Source: an uncultured bacterium (GTDB lineage: Bacteria; Verrucomicrobiota; Verrucomicrobiia; Limisphaerales; UBA8199). From it: a DNA stretch of 64,000 nucleotides. Made by a program: the position numbers and the translations under genes. The first letter of the stretch is position 1; each line of letters begins with the position of its first letter. Below, piece after piece: positions 10,921-21,982 of this stretch. Below the pieces are notes generated by a model, which was not told the origin of the DNA, made no database searches, and was given only the letters and a program-made list of their open reading frames with translations. The stretch lies in assembly GCA_963749495.1 (NCBI GenBank), contig CAVVMW010000021.1, forward strand, positions 128,001-192,000. The letters run 5' to 3'.

Positions 10921-13491
10921 ATGCCCCGCCGCCTCGCCTCTGTGACCCACACCGCCCCGCAAATCCCGCCGGCGCCGGCCGGAGTGAGGATGGCGCAATT
11001 GGACAACGGCCTGACGATCATCGTGCGCGAAGACCACACGGCGCCCGTGGTCTCGGCCCAGGCCTGGTGCATGGCCGGGAGCGCACACGAGGGCCGATGG
11101 CTCGGGCCGGCCTTTCCCACGTGCTCGAGCACATGCTTTTCAAGGGCACGACCACCCGCCCCGGCAGCCGCATTGACCATGAGGTCCAGGAGGCCGGCGG
11201 CTCCATGAATGCCTTTACCTCCTTCGACCGCACCGTCTATCACATCGATGTCCCCAATACCGGCCTCAACGTGGCCCTGGACATCCTCTGTGACATCATG
11301 CAGAACGCCACCCTGCCGGCCGAGGAGATGGACAAGGAAAAACAGGTCATCCTGCGCGAGATGGACATGAACGTGGACGACCCGAGCCGCCGGGCCAGCC
11401 GGCGCTTGTTCGAGACCGCCTACACCCGCAGCCCCTATCGGTTCACTGTTATCGGTTACCCGGACATCTTCAACGAGTTGAAGCCGGACGATATCCGGGC
11501 CTATTACCATGAAAAGTACGCCCCGAACAACGTCTTCTATGTCATTGTCGGCGATGTGACGGGCGACGAAGTCATGGCCCGCATCCGGGCGGCCTACTCG
11601 AAGGCCAAGGCGCGGGCGCTGTCGCCGGTGGTGCTCCCGGAGGAGCCCAGGCAGACTGCTCCGCGCGAAATCATCGAGGAGGCGCCGATCGCCCTGGGGC
11701 ACCTCCATTTGGCCTGGCACATCCCCGATGTGCGCCACCCCGATGTGCCGATGCTGGACGTCCTGGCGGCGCTGCTGGGCGCCGGCCACAGCTCGCGCCT
11801 CTACCGGGAAGTCCGCCAAAAGCAGGGCCTGGTCACCTCGGTCGATGCCTGGACCTACAGCCCCGGCAACCCGGGCCTCTTCGGCCTGAGCGCCACGGTC
11901 GAGCCGGACCAATTCCGCCCGGCGTGCGAGGCCCTGCTGGACGAGGTCCGGAAGATGAAGGCCGCGCCCGTTGCGCCCCAGGAATTGGGCAAGGCCGTCA
12001 AACAATTCTTCGCCGCCACCCTCGCCACCCGCAAAACCATGCAAGGCCAGGCCCAGGACCTGGGCGCCAACTGGCTGGCCGCCAACGACCTCAATTTCTC
12101 CGAACGCTACCTGGCCGCCGTGAAATCCGCGACTCCGGCGGACTTGCAGCGCGTCGCGCGGACCTGGCTGACGGCGGAAAACCGCACGCTCTATGCCCTG
12201 CTGCCACAGGGCACCGCTCCTGCCATTGCCCTGGCCGGTGAAACCGCCCAGGACCACGCCATGCAGAAGCTGGACCTGCCCAACGGCCTGCGCCTGCTCC
12301 TCAAAGAAGACCACCGGCTGCCGTTCGTCGAGTTTCGGGCCGTCTTCAAGGGCGGCCTCCTGGCCGAGACGGCCGACAACAACGGCCTGACCCAACTCAC
12401 GGGCAAAATGCTGCTCAAAGGCACGCGCACCCGTTCCGCCGACCAGATCGCCCTGAGCATCGAATCGGTCGGCGGCAGCCTCGACAGTTACGGCGGCAAC
12501 AACAGCTTCGGCGTCAATGCCGAAGTCCTCAGCGGCGACTTGGCCACCGGCCTGGACTTGGTCAGCGACGTCCTGCTCAACCCGGTCTTCCCGCCCGAGG
12601 CCCTCGAACGCGAACGCCAAGTGCAGTTGGCCGGCATCCGCGCCCAAAGGGACCACCTGCTCCAGAGCGCCTCCATGGCCATGCGCCGCGCCCTGTTCGG
12701 CCAGACCGGCTACGGCCTGGATTTCCTGGGCTCGGAAACCAGCGTCCGGACAATCCAGGCGCCCGACCTGGCCGCCTTCCACTCGAGATTGACGCGCCCC
12801 AATAATTGCGTCCTGGCCATCTGCGGCGACATCCAGCCGGGCGCGGTCCTGGCCGCCGTCAGGGGGGCCTTGGAAGGCTGGACACCGGGCCCCAACGCGG
12901 CGCTCCAAGGCGCAGAGCCCCGGCCCTCCCGCGAGAGCGCCCCCAGGCGCGTCACGGAAACCCGCGACAAAAAGCAGGCAGTCCTGGTCATCGGCTTCCC
13001 CGGCAGCACCCTGCACGACCCGGACCGCTACCCGCTGGAGCTGCATCCAGGAGGCCTGCAGCGACCTGGGCTCCCGCCTCTTCCTGCGCATCCGCGAAAG
13101 ACTGGGCCTGGCCTACTATGTCGGCGCCCAGAATTTCATTGGGCTGGTCCCCGGCTACTTCGCCTTCTATGCCGGTACGATGCCGGAGCAGGCCCGGCGC
13201 GTCGAAGAGGAACTCCTTGCCGAGGCCGAGCTGCTCCGCGCCCAGGGCCTTGCGGAAGAAGAACTCAGCCGCGCCAAGGCCAAGATCATTGGCCAAAGAA
13301 AGATCGCCCGCCAGGACCTCGGCACCGTGGCCACCACGGCTGCCCTGGACGAACTCTACGGCCTTGGCTATGCCTACTCGGACACAGAAGACGCCCTCTA
13401 CCAGGCCGTCACACTCGACCAAGTCAAGGCCGTCGCGCAAAAATACCTCAAACCGGAGGCCTCGGTCATCGCGGTGGTGAAGCCGGGGTAG
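10921..13491 (+). CDS. M16 family zinc protease; frameshifts near 11110 and 13045
   Basis: LDNGLTIIVREDH, HVLEHMLFKGT (HxxEH), NAFTSFDRT, second LPNGL half; C-terminus in ORF 13180..13491. Confidence 0.88.
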
Positions 13492-13509
13492 GCACCGCGA
13501 TCCCGTCGC

Positions 13510-14405
13510 TCATTGTTCCACCAGTTCCGCCGCGGCGGCATTGGCAGACACCTGTGAGGGGTCTTTGCAACCGGGGATGACGGCTGAAACGGCCGGGTTT
13601 TTGAGGCACCAGGCAAGCGCCCATTGGGCCATGGGCACGCCCGCCGGGACTTCGGCCTGGGCCAGGCGCTGTGCTGCATCGAGGTCATTGCGCAGCCTGC
13701 CCGCATCGAAGGTCGCCCGCACGTCGTTGGGCTGGAACGTGGCGCCGGGGCGGTACTTTCCGCTGAGCAATCCGCTGGCCAGCGGCACCCGCGCCAGGAT
13801 GCCCAGGTTGTCGCGCTGCGCGTGTGGGAAGTAAAGTTGCTCGGGGCGGCGATCCAGGCGGTTGTAAATGACCTGCAAGGCCTCCGCCCCGGCGCGACGC
13901 GCCTGGCGCGCCTGGTGTTCGCTGCCCTTGCCCATGATCGAGATGCCCAGGTGGCGGACCTTGCCGGCGCGGACCTGGTCGGCCAGCATGGCCCACAGTT
14001 CCGCGTTGTCAAAGGCCTGGTCCGGGCCGGAGTGGAACTGGAAGAGGTCTATGGCGTCCGTGCGCAGCGACCGCAGGGAGGCCTCGAGCTGGCCGCGCAC
14101 GCCCGCCGGGGAGAAGTCGTCCGCGCGGTCCATGAATTTGCGGAAGTGGTGCCCGAACTTGGTCGCCACCACCCACGCGCGCGGTCGTGCCGCGCCAGGT
14201 AATCGCCGAGCATCCGCTCCGAAAGATGCTCCCCGTAACACTCGGCCGTGTCCACCAGGTTGATGCCCAACTCCGCCGCCCGGTCCAATATCGCATCAAC
14301 GTCCCCTTGCGAATAGGAGCGTCCCCACTCGCCGCCGAACTGCCACGTCCCGAGGCCAACCACCGACACCCGCAGACCCGTGCTGCCAAGAACTCGATAA
14401 TGCAT
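13510..14405 (-). CDS. Aldo/keto reductase; frameshift near 14185
   Basis: YRVLGSTGLRVSVVGLGTWQFGG, DTAECYG, ATKFG, SLRSLRTDAIDL, PLASGLL. Confidence 0.9.
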
Positions 14406-14418
14406 AAGACAGTTTAAT

Positions 14419-14469
14419 CCCTTGTGTCCCTTATGTCCCTTATGTCGCTTATGTCGCTTATGTCCCTTT
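14419..14469. repeat. 9-mer tandem repeat (CCCTTATGT / CGCTTATGT, about 5 units)
   Basis: Seen directly; a shorter copy lies near 21823. Confidence 0.8.
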
Positions 14470-15085
14470 AGTCCCTCTTCTGAAAGGGGCTGAACCAGAG
14501 GCACAGCCGGTGGCCGCGTCCGGTCAGAAGCCACGCGCAGAAGACCATGAGCAGGCAGTTCTCGACCAGCTTGTTGCAGGCGAAGACCTCGCCCGTGCCG
14601 CAGCCGCAATCGAACTTGACCAGGCACAGCGGCGTGGCGCTTGCCGCAGCCAGGACCAGAGCGCGCTTGAGCACCAGGGGGGTGAAGGCCGTGAGCATGA
14701 GCAAGAGCATCAAGGCGGACCCGCGCACGGCGATGCCGGCCAGCAGGAGCAGCCCGCAAAAGACCTCGAACCACGGGAGGCCGGCGGCGATGAGGTTGAG
14801 CAGATAGGGGTTGCTGACCATCTCGTATTGGCGCACCAGCTTCAGGAACAAATCCGGGTGCAGGGCCTTGTGGAGACCCATGTACACGAACAACAGTCCG
14901 ACCAGCCAACGGCCCAATACTGCGCCGGCCTCCAGCAGCGCGGCCTTCCGGGACGCCGAGGCCCCCGAGCGCACGGGCATTCTGCCGCCTAAAGGCGGCG
15001 TTCCGGTTGGCTGGGGAACGCCGCCTTTAGGCGGCAGAATTTCCGGGCTCCCGGTTTCCGTCGTTGAATCTCGCGCTTCGGGCAT
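14468..15085 (-). CDS. MauE/DoxX family redox-associated membrane protein
   Basis: GLLFVYMGLHK, LPWFEVFCGLLLL, DCGCG; start could be 14980. Confidence 0.82.
   Translation of the reverse strand: MPEARDSTTETGSPEILPPKGGVPQPTGTPPLGGRMPVRSGASASRKAALLEAGAVLGRWLVGLLFVYMGLHKALHPDLFLKLVRQYEMVSNPYLLNLIAAGLPWFEVFCGLLLLAGIAVRGSALMLLLMLTAFTPLVLKRALVLAAASATPLCLVKFDCGCGTGEVFACNKLVENCLLMVFCAWLLTGRGHRLCLWFSPFQKRD
14979..15040. repeat. REP pair: perfect 26-bp inverted repeat with 10-nt loop
   Basis: ATTCTGCCGCCTAAAGGCGGCGTTCC ... GGAACGCCGCCTTTAGGCGGCAGAAT. Confidence 0.85.
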
Positions 15086-15136
15086 TGCAGCTCAGTTCAG
15101 TTCAGTTCGGTTCGGAGCCAACTCCGGGCCTCGGAT

Positions 15137-15748
15137 TCATTTCGAGAGTTGGCCGCTCAGGCGCGGGCCGGCCTCGACGGGCAGGCCGTTGGTACACCAT
15201 TCAGTGATGCCGCCCACGTACACGAACAGGTTCGTATTGGGCACCAGGTGCAGGTCGTCTCGCAGTGTTCGGGCGGTCTGCATGCTGTCATCGCACTGAT
15301 CCCCGCCGTGGCAATAGACGACAACCTGCGGAGCAACCTGGCAGGCCTCCATGACCGTGCCGATGTATTTTCCCTGGTAAGGGTTGTAGAACTCGAAGGC
15401 CCCGGGGATGTGGCCGTGCTGGTAGTCCTCCTGGTCGCGGGCATCGATGAAGATCACCAGCCCCGCCTCGCGCCGCGGGTCATTGTACAACTGCGAGACA
15501 CGGTTGCTGTCAACCAGTTGAAAGCCTTCGGCCTTGAGCTGGGCGGTAACACGTTCGATGGAGGAGTTGGTGAGGAGCGTAGCCGCGCCGGGGTTGAGGT
15601 TCGTAGCGGCAACGTCGTGGGCCTGGCGCCCCTGGTGAAAGTAATCGAGGTCGAGCTTGAGGCCGTGCGGCGACAGGGCGTTGGCAGCAAAGGCCACCGC
15701 GGCGCCGATGGCCGCGACCCACAAGCCCTCGAGCAGAATCTTTTTCAC
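15137..15748 (-). CDS. Membrane-anchored rhodanese-like protein
   Basis: IFIDAR, GHIPGA, VVVYCHGGDQC, YVGGITEW; GTG start inferred. Confidence 0.85.
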   Translation of the reverse strand: MKKILLEGLWVAAIGAAVAFAANALSPHGLKLDLDYFHQGRQAHDVAATNLNPGAATLLTNSSIERVTAQLKAEGFQLVDSNRVSQLYNDPRREAGLVIFIDARDQEDYQHGHIPGAFEFYNPYQGKYIGTVMEACQVAPQVVVYCHGGDQCDDSMQTARTLRDDLHLVPNTNLFVYVGGITEWCTNGLPVEAGPRLSGQLSK

Positions 15749-15805
15749 CTCCTTGGAATCGCACACGGGGACCTTGAACCGGACGGGCGTCGCCAGGGGC
15801 GACAG

Positions 15806-15920
15806 CGTTTTGGACTGCGGTCCCGATGCATCGGGACCGCTTTTTGGAGCGTGGGGACGCCAGAGCGCCGGAGGACTGGCGCAGTCCAAAACCTTCGGGC
15901 TTGGCCGCGGCTCATGGAGA
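15806..15920. repeat. REP-like family C (TTTGGACTGCG...GCGCAGTCCAAAA)
   Basis: Mirrored arms; related copy at 46975-47092. Confidence 0.75.
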
Positions 15921-17282
15921 ATTGACAGTGGGCGGGGGAGGCGGGGGCAGGGGCGGCGGCGGCGGCGGCAGCGCGTTGGTCGAGTCTCCGGAATCAGTAT
16001 TGTCGGGAGTCGGTCGTCCCCCGAAACGCGCGGGAGGGGAGCCCCTCGGATTTGGCGTGGCGGTGAACATGGCCGGCCGGGGCGGCTGCGGCATGATCGC
16101 GGCGGGAGAGGGTGTGAGCGGGGCCGGCCGTTTCAGGACCACTGCTGGCGCGGGCTGACGCGGCGGCTGGAGGATCGGAACTTTAACCAGCGGGAAGCTT
16201 GGATTGGACGTCTTGACGGTAAAGGCGGCGGCTTGGCCCGCCGCCAATTCAAACCCGGTCGGGAACCTGAGCAGGACGGTGAAGTATTTCCCCGGCTGGC
16301 TCTCGGTCACGGTGATGTCCACGATCTTGTCCACGCCTTTGGCATCCACGGCAGGCTCGGACAAGGTGATCGGGTTGGTGCAGTTGTTGATGATGGTCAC
16401 AAAGGCCTGTTGATTTGTCACCAGAGGGCCCTGGCGCAGGGGTATGCCCAGCGGCACGACATTGATCGGCGGCTGGGAGTTGGCCCAGACGGTGAGGGAG
16501 AGGACGGGGTGGTTCGTGAGCGAGGTCTTGAGGGTGACGATGCCTTGGGCGCTGCCAGGAGGCAGGGCCGTGGAATTCGACACAACGACGGTGTAATACC
16601 GTCCCAGTACGTTGGTCTGGAGAGCCGCGCCAAAGTTGGTATTGCTGCACTCGGGCGGGGAGAGGATCATAAGTTGCTCGAGACCGTTGGTAATGCGGGA
16701 GGAAGCGGAGGCGAACGGGGAATCCGGCCGGACCATGAGGGCCACGCTCGGGGGAAACATATTGATAGGCTTCCATACGGTTCCCTTGAGCTGGAGCATG
16801 AACACGCCTCCCGGCTGGGTCCGGTCGTTGCAAGTGACCGTCAGGAACTTGACGACGGGGACGTTGTAGTTGCCCGTCCTGAACACGAAGGGGATAGCGC
16901 CCGACTCGCCCGGCTTGGCCCGGTGCGTCCAGTCACCGACCACGGTGCAGCCGCAGATGCCCTGGGCGTTGGTGACAATCAAGTCCTGGGCGCCGGTGTT
17001 GGTGAAGTAAAAGGTGTGTTTGACGTCCTCGCTGGCGACCACCTTGCCGAAGTCATAGACCGCACTGTCGAACTTCATTCTTGGCCCCGAGTAGTTCGTC
17101 GGAGAGAGGGCGGCCCCAACTTGCCCTGGGACCGGAGGGATCTGCGGGGCAGGCCTGGCCAGCGGCAGCCCCGGGGTGGCGCTGGGCGCCGACGGCAGGG
17201 CTGGCGGCTCCATCGCCAACGCGACGGTTCCGATGGCCAGCATCGAAACGGCGCAAGTCGTATTCCTGATCAGTTTGCTCAT
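15912..17282 (-). CDS. DUF1573 domain secreted protein with Pro-rich termini
   Basis: YDFGKV..HTFYFTNTG..ICGCTV..KPGESG; signal peptide. Confidence 0.8.
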   Translation of the reverse strand: MSKLIRNTTCAVSMLAIGTVALAMEPPALPSAPSATPGLPLARPAPQIPPVPGQVGAALSPTNYSGPRMKFDSAVYDFGKVVASEDVKHTFYFTNTGAQDLIVTNAQGICGCTVVGDWTHRAKPGESGAIPFVFRTGNYNVPVVKFLTVTCNDRTQPGGVFMLQLKGTVWKPINMFPPSVALMVRPDSPFASASSRITNGLEQLMILSPPECSNTNFGAALQTNVLGRYYTVVVSNSTALPPGSAQGIVTLKTSLTNHPVLSLTVWANSQPPINVVPLGIPLRQGPLVTNQQAFVTIINNCTNPITLSEPAVDAKGVDKIVDITVTESQPGKYFTVLLRFPTGFELAAGQAAAFTVKTSNPSFPLVKVPILQPPRQPAPAVVLKRPAPLTPSPAAIMPQPPRPAMFTATPNPRGSPPARFGGRPTPDNTDSGDSTNALPPPPPPLPPPPPPTVNSP

Positions 17283-17337
17283 AGGCAGATTTAACCTTCT
17301 GGAGTATCCCACAAACCCTCCCTGATGCAAAGCCAAT

Positions 17338-18600
17338 TTAGACATCCACATCCAATTGGTTGGCCAGGCCGGCGAGGTCATCGCCTGAGCCAGGCAGGCA
17401 GCTTAAGAGCCTGGGCAGGCGCCCGCGCACCCAATCGCCGGTAGTGGTCCTGGCCTTGAGTCCGCCAGAAAGGCCCAGCAGGCGCCCCCATTCAGCCTGG
17501 CACTGGCGCTCATAATCGTCCAGCAGGTCCAGCGGGCCGTCCTGGCGCAGGATTCTTTGGAGGCGGCCGGCCAGGGCCTGCGCCTCGCACAAGCCCACGT
17601 TCATGCTCTGGGCCCCGACCGGGCCGGTCTGGTGGGCGGCGTCGCCGGCCAGCCAGCACCGGTCCTGGCCGAAGCGCCGGGCCAATCGCTGCTCGAAGAC
17701 GACATTGGTACACCAGGTCACTTGCTGGACGCGGGTTGAGAACCACGGCGCCCGCTGGCTGCCCACCCGCTGGACGTATTGGCGGAGATTCTCGTCCACG
17801 GTCTTCCGCTCCAGGTGCACCGCCCGCCGCTCTTTCTCGGGAAACTCGGGAAGGATTTCGGACTTGACCAACTGGAACGTCCATCGGCCCCGGTTGCCCG
17901 CCAGCGGCCAGAGCACATTGGTTGTCCCCTGGTCCAGCACCACCCGCACTTCGTTTTCCGCCGGGGCATCCCCCTCGAACTCGTAGGCGGCAAAGTAGGT
18001 TGGGCCGGCCAGGTGCCTGTAATCCATGCCCAGGCGCTGGCGCACCAGGGAGTTGTAGCCGTCGGCCCCGACCAGGAAGCGGGCGCGGACGCATAATTGC
18101 CTGACCACCACCGTCTCCCAATGCGGGACGATGTAACCGGTGGAGGTGCCGCCCAACTCCTGGACCGTGACGGACACCGCCTGGTCCTCGGCCTCGCAGG
18201 CCTCGAACCGGTGGTTCCAGCCCACGCCCAGCCCGGTCTTGCGGCGCAGCCGCTCTTCGAGGGTCTCTTCGAGGAGGTTTTGCGGCAGAATCAACAGAAA
18301 CGGGAAGCGGCCCCCGGCCTGGTCGAGCCGGAGCTGGGCCCGCCGCTGCGGCCCGTCATAGAAGGCGACCGTCTCGACCCGCCGGCCCCGCTCGATCAGC
18401 TCCTCGGCCAGCCCAAGCCGGTCCAGCAGCCCCATCGTGCGCGGGTGCAGGGCGCAGGCATAACTGCGCGTCGCTGTGCGCTCCTCCCGGTCAACAATCC
18501 GGACCTCCAGGCCGGCCTCTGCCATCGCCAGGGCCGCCAGCAATCCCACCGGCCCGGCGCCCACCACCAATACCTCGGTTCTTTCTTCACGCATGTCCAA
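17338..18600 (-). CDS. FAD-dependent monooxygenase (aromatic hydroxylase-like)
   Basis: VVGAGPVG, LVGADG, LAGDAAH..GAQSMN. Confidence 0.9.
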   Translation of the reverse strand: MDMREERTEVLVVGAGPVGLLAALAMAEAGLEVRIVDREERTATRSYACALHPRTMGLLDRLGLAEELIERGRRVETVAFYDGPQRRAQLRLDQAGGRFPFLLILPQNLLEETLEERLRRKTGLGVGWNHRFEACEAEDQAVSVTVQELGGTSTGYIVPHWETVVVRQLCVRARFLVGADGYNSLVRQRLGMDYRHLAGPTYFAAYEFEGDAPAENEVRVVLDQGTTNVLWPLAGNRGRWTFQLVKSEILPEFPEKERRAVHLERKTVDENLRQYVQRVGSQRAPWFSTRVQQVTWCTNVVFEQRLARRFGQDRCWLAGDAAHQTGPVGAQSMNVGLCEAQALAGRLQRILRQDGPLDLLDDYERQCQAEWGRLLGLSGGLKARTTTGDWVRGRLPRLLSCLPGSGDDLAGLANQLDVDV

Positions 18601-18629
18601 TCAACTCCTCAGGGGCTATCCAGGGCGCA

Positions 18630-18790
18630 GCCTGACACTGCCCCCGGAGTGCGCCCGTCCCCGGGCGCAGCAGCGACGGAGCGGGCAGGCGCGCTGGGGT
18701 GTTTGACCGCTGCCCTGGCTCCGGACGTCGCTGCGCCCGGGGACGGGCGCACTCCAGCCCGGCCCCCGGTGGTGGGGGCAGTGTCAGGAT
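18630..18790. repeat. Nested inverted repeat element (REP-like family D)
   Basis: CCTGACACTGCCCC..GGGGCAGTGTCAGG outer arms; GGAGTGCGCCCGTCCCCGGGCGCAGC inner arms. Confidence 0.8.
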
Positions 18791-18889
18791 GCGCCCGGCG
18801 ATCCATCTGCACAGGCTACATGCTCGAAAATAGCCCAGGGCGTTCAAAAAGTCATGGCAGAAAAAATTCTGCTTTTTTGCAAACAGGTG

Positions 18890-18918
18890 TTGACAAGACC
18901 CCCCGATTTTTATACAAA
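18890..18918 (+). promoter_or_regulatory. Putative sigma70 promoter
   Basis: TTGACA-N17-TACAAA in an AT-rich stretch. Confidence 0.55.
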
Positions 18919-18922
18919 TTGG

Positions 18923-19008
18923 GGTGGTTCGGGTAGCGGATCGTTTTCCTTCAGCGGGATTCCCCATCCCCACCTCCTTGGCGAACCGTTGCCCGAACCG
19001 CTTTTTTC
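18923..19008 (+). ncRNA. Candidate ~85-nt small RNA
   Basis: 21-bp stem with four G-U pairs on this strand, C-rich loop containing CACCTCCTT, U-tract; promoter directly upstream. Confidence 0.5.
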
Positions 19009-19062
19009 TCCCAACCACCTCTACTGCGACGGACCCGCAGTGGGGCGCATCCCGACGCTGCC

Positions 19063-19112
19063 GCCGACGCCGAAGGGCCGGAGCGCCGGCTGAAGCCGGC
19101 TTTGGACGGTCA
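19063..19112. repeat. REP half (GGAGCGCCGGCTGAAGCCGGC), family E
   Basis: Same family as the MITE-interrupted REP at 39365-39875. Confidence 0.7.
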
Positions 19113-19123
19113 GTTAAGGTCTT

Positions 19124-19430
19124 TCAGGCCGGCTGAGATTCCCACTGCCGAGCGCGCACGGTCAAAACTTGGGAATACGTGGGCCAATCGTGAAGAGTCT
19201 CAGGGTCGAAATCCGCACCGTTGGGCCATACCACCGTGCGCGCGTCCGCATCGATCTTGACCTCGTTGAAGAGCGAGAGCTCGCGCAAGGGGCCGTACAA
19301 TTCGCCCGCCAACACCGGCTTGAAGTTCGATGGCCTGCTCCGTCTGGTCATCGAACTTCAGCAGCAGGCTGTACGGGCCGGTAATTTGGAGCGATTCAAC
19401 CTTATAAATGCGGTGCGGCATGGAACTCAT
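19124..19430 (-). CDS. DUF2442 protein (antitoxin-like); frameshift near 19328
   Basis: YSLLLKFDD...GELYGPLRELSLFNEVKID...VWPNGADFDPETL. Confidence 0.85.
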
Positions 19431-19483
19431 CTCAACGGTTCAATCGGCAGCGGTCGGCCACCCGACTGCAACCTGCTCCAATT
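19427..19483 (-). pseudogene. C-terminal remnant of a DUF4160-like partner gene
   Basis: NWSRLQSGGRPLPIEPLR*, ATGA-coupled to DUF2442; begins right after the upstream stop codon. Confidence 0.6.
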
Positions 19484-21777
19484 CTATCGGGACGGAGCTG
19501 AGGGGTCGAAGGTGGCCTCGGTCTTGACCGCCTGTGAGGTTTTGCCCAAACGGATCTCGTCGCTGCCAAAGGCGTGGTACACCCTGACGCGGTGCGACGC
19601 GGAGAGGGGCTGCTGATCGAGGCTGCGGAGAGTGAACAGGGGCGGGGACTCATAGCGGGTGCCAGCCCAGCTCGAGGCGTGGAAGGCGATGAAGGTGGGG
19701 GACTCGACGAGGAATCCGCCGGGCGGCAGGGCGATGTTGCCGCCGAGCTTGGAGGCGCAATCGAATGGAGCAGCGCCCGCATTGACGATGACCTCGACGG
19801 CGTTGTTGCCCTCGCCGAAGACGGTGCGTTGGACTTTGCGATCCGGAGTGAGGAATTGGTGGCGGGTCATAGGCAGGCGCGCCGTCAATTGGTTGAGCGG
19901 GCAGAGGACCTCGCAGGTGTTCTTGATGAAACGGTCCATCGGGTGCAGGCCCTCGGCCCAGCCGCCGTCGGCCCGCGTGAACAGAGCGGGGTCGCCGCCG
20001 CTGGGCCGTCGGGCGTTGCGGCCGGGTCTGGGGTCTGGCCTCGCGCTTCCAATAAAGGTGGGCCGGGATCGAGTGGTAATTGAGCGGCCGGCCCAGGCTG
20101 ATGTGGTAGAGGACATAGCCGGCGGCGCGTTGCGGGTCGTAGCCGTACTTGCCGTACATGGCGATGCAGTCGCGATAGACCAGTTCGAAAAGCGGCACCA
20201 CACTGGCGCCCAGTTTGCCCGTCAACCCGGCGTCGTGATAATAGCCGCCGCTGACGCCGGTGAGGCCCTCGAAGAAATCGCTGTGGGGAATCGCCCATTC
20301 CCGTCCGCACTCGCTGCCGAAGACGCCGAAGACCTGGCGGGCGTAATCCGAGAGGGCCTGCTTCCACTTCATGTCGTCGGCGCGGGTAAGCGGGTGGGCC
20401 GGGTCAAAGCACTCCTGGAGGCCGGCGGCGTAGGTGGTGTCGATGAAATAAGCATTTGCGCCGCAGAGCTTCTTGACGGCCGGGAGGTTTTGCGGGCGCC
20501 TGGCCAGGTCCAGGGCCATCTGGGAGCAGGTCAGGAAGGCCATGCCCCCGGCCCAATGACCGCCGCGCGCCAGTTTGCCGTCGAGGGTCTTCATGACGTA
20601 CTTTTCGTCCCAGGAAGGTGAATCGCGGTAGATGTCCTGGTAGTTGTCGTGCAGGCAGTAGAGATAGCCCAGGTCCATGACGCGCCGGGCGCAATCGGCA
20701 AAGGCCGCGTCGCCGCCGCACTCCGGGGCCGTGGGCAGGATGTCGGGGTGCTGGTTATCGTAGCCGCGATGTATCCAGCCGCCCACGGTGAAGAGGACCC
20801 GGTCCAGCTTGAGGTCGCGTTTGAAGTGCTCGGCCACCTGGGCCGCCTCGTCGAAGGTCCAATTCACCCGCGCGGACTCTTCGCGGGTGCTCTCCTCGTT
20901 CATACTCCGGCTCAGGGCGCTCCAGAGCTTGATATTGGCGGCGCCGAAGAGCTTTTCGCGTTCCGGGTTGGTCTTGAGCTTTTCGTCCCAGGTGACCAGC
21001 AGACCCTTTTGCCGGGCCACCTGGCGATAGGCCTGGGCAACGGAGACATAATCGCCTGGGCCCAGGAACGTGACGCGAAATGACCTGGCCGATTTGCCGA
21101 GCGCCAGCGAGGGGGAGAGCCTTTGGCCGGAGGAGCCTCCGCCCTCCTGGACTACGCTCTTGAGCTCGGCCGCCACATACGGATCGTCCCAGGCGACCAA
21201 AGCGGCCGCGCCTTCTTTCACGACCCCCAGCATTTCCATGTGGCAGCCCTCGTAGGCATAGGTGTCGAAGCGGTGGGTGAAGTTCAACCCGCTGTCGGCC
21301 GGCACCAGCAGGCCCTCGCGCGCGGGCACCGCCACATAACCTTTGTCCGTGCCGTTGACCCCCAGCACGTCCTCGAGGAGCGTGATGGCCGCCACGTCCA
21401 GGCCCGGGTCAGCCTCCCAGGCCAGCTCGAGTGTTTTTTGGTCTCCCAGGGCGCGGGCGCGGACCCGGAGCAGGGACGCCCTCTGGCCTTCGAGCGGCGC
21501 AAATGAGGCGACCAGCTCGTTGCCGCCAGCCGTTTCCACCGCGCACCGGACCAGGTTCAAGCCGGCGGGACTGGTCCCCAGCTCCCAGGCTCACCTGGCC
21601 GAAGCGGGCGTGGTTGGTCTGGGCGCGCCAAGTCACGCCAGCTTGCTTGTCCAGGATTTCGCACCGCCCATCCGCGCCCGAAAGCGCGAAACGGAAGAAC
21701 GGGGTTTCAAGCTGCGCGGCCCAGCCGCCAACGGTGGCCAGGAGCGTTGCTGTAACGAGCAGCAGGGGCTGTTTCAT
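19484..21777 (-). CDS. Secreted glycoside hydrolase (DUF5696 / GH101-GH129-like); frameshifts near 21570 and 20010
   Basis: Signal peptide MKQPLLL; GGWIHRGYDNQHPD, LHDNYQDIY, YFIDTT, GSECG, VPLFELVY. Confidence 0.65.
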
Positions 21778-21982
21778 AAGCTTCAGGGCGTGGAGCGTGG
21801 CACACGGGCGCGGATCCGTTGCGTCCCTTATGTCCCTTGAATTGGCTCCATACTTTGTGTGCCATGAGAGAACATGAACGACTGAATTTTGCCAGCCAAA
21901 TCTTTCTATTTTAATTGACTTCCTTCCTCGCAAAGGCGAAAAAACGGACGCGTTGTGAAATCCTGAAAGGATACACTGACTC

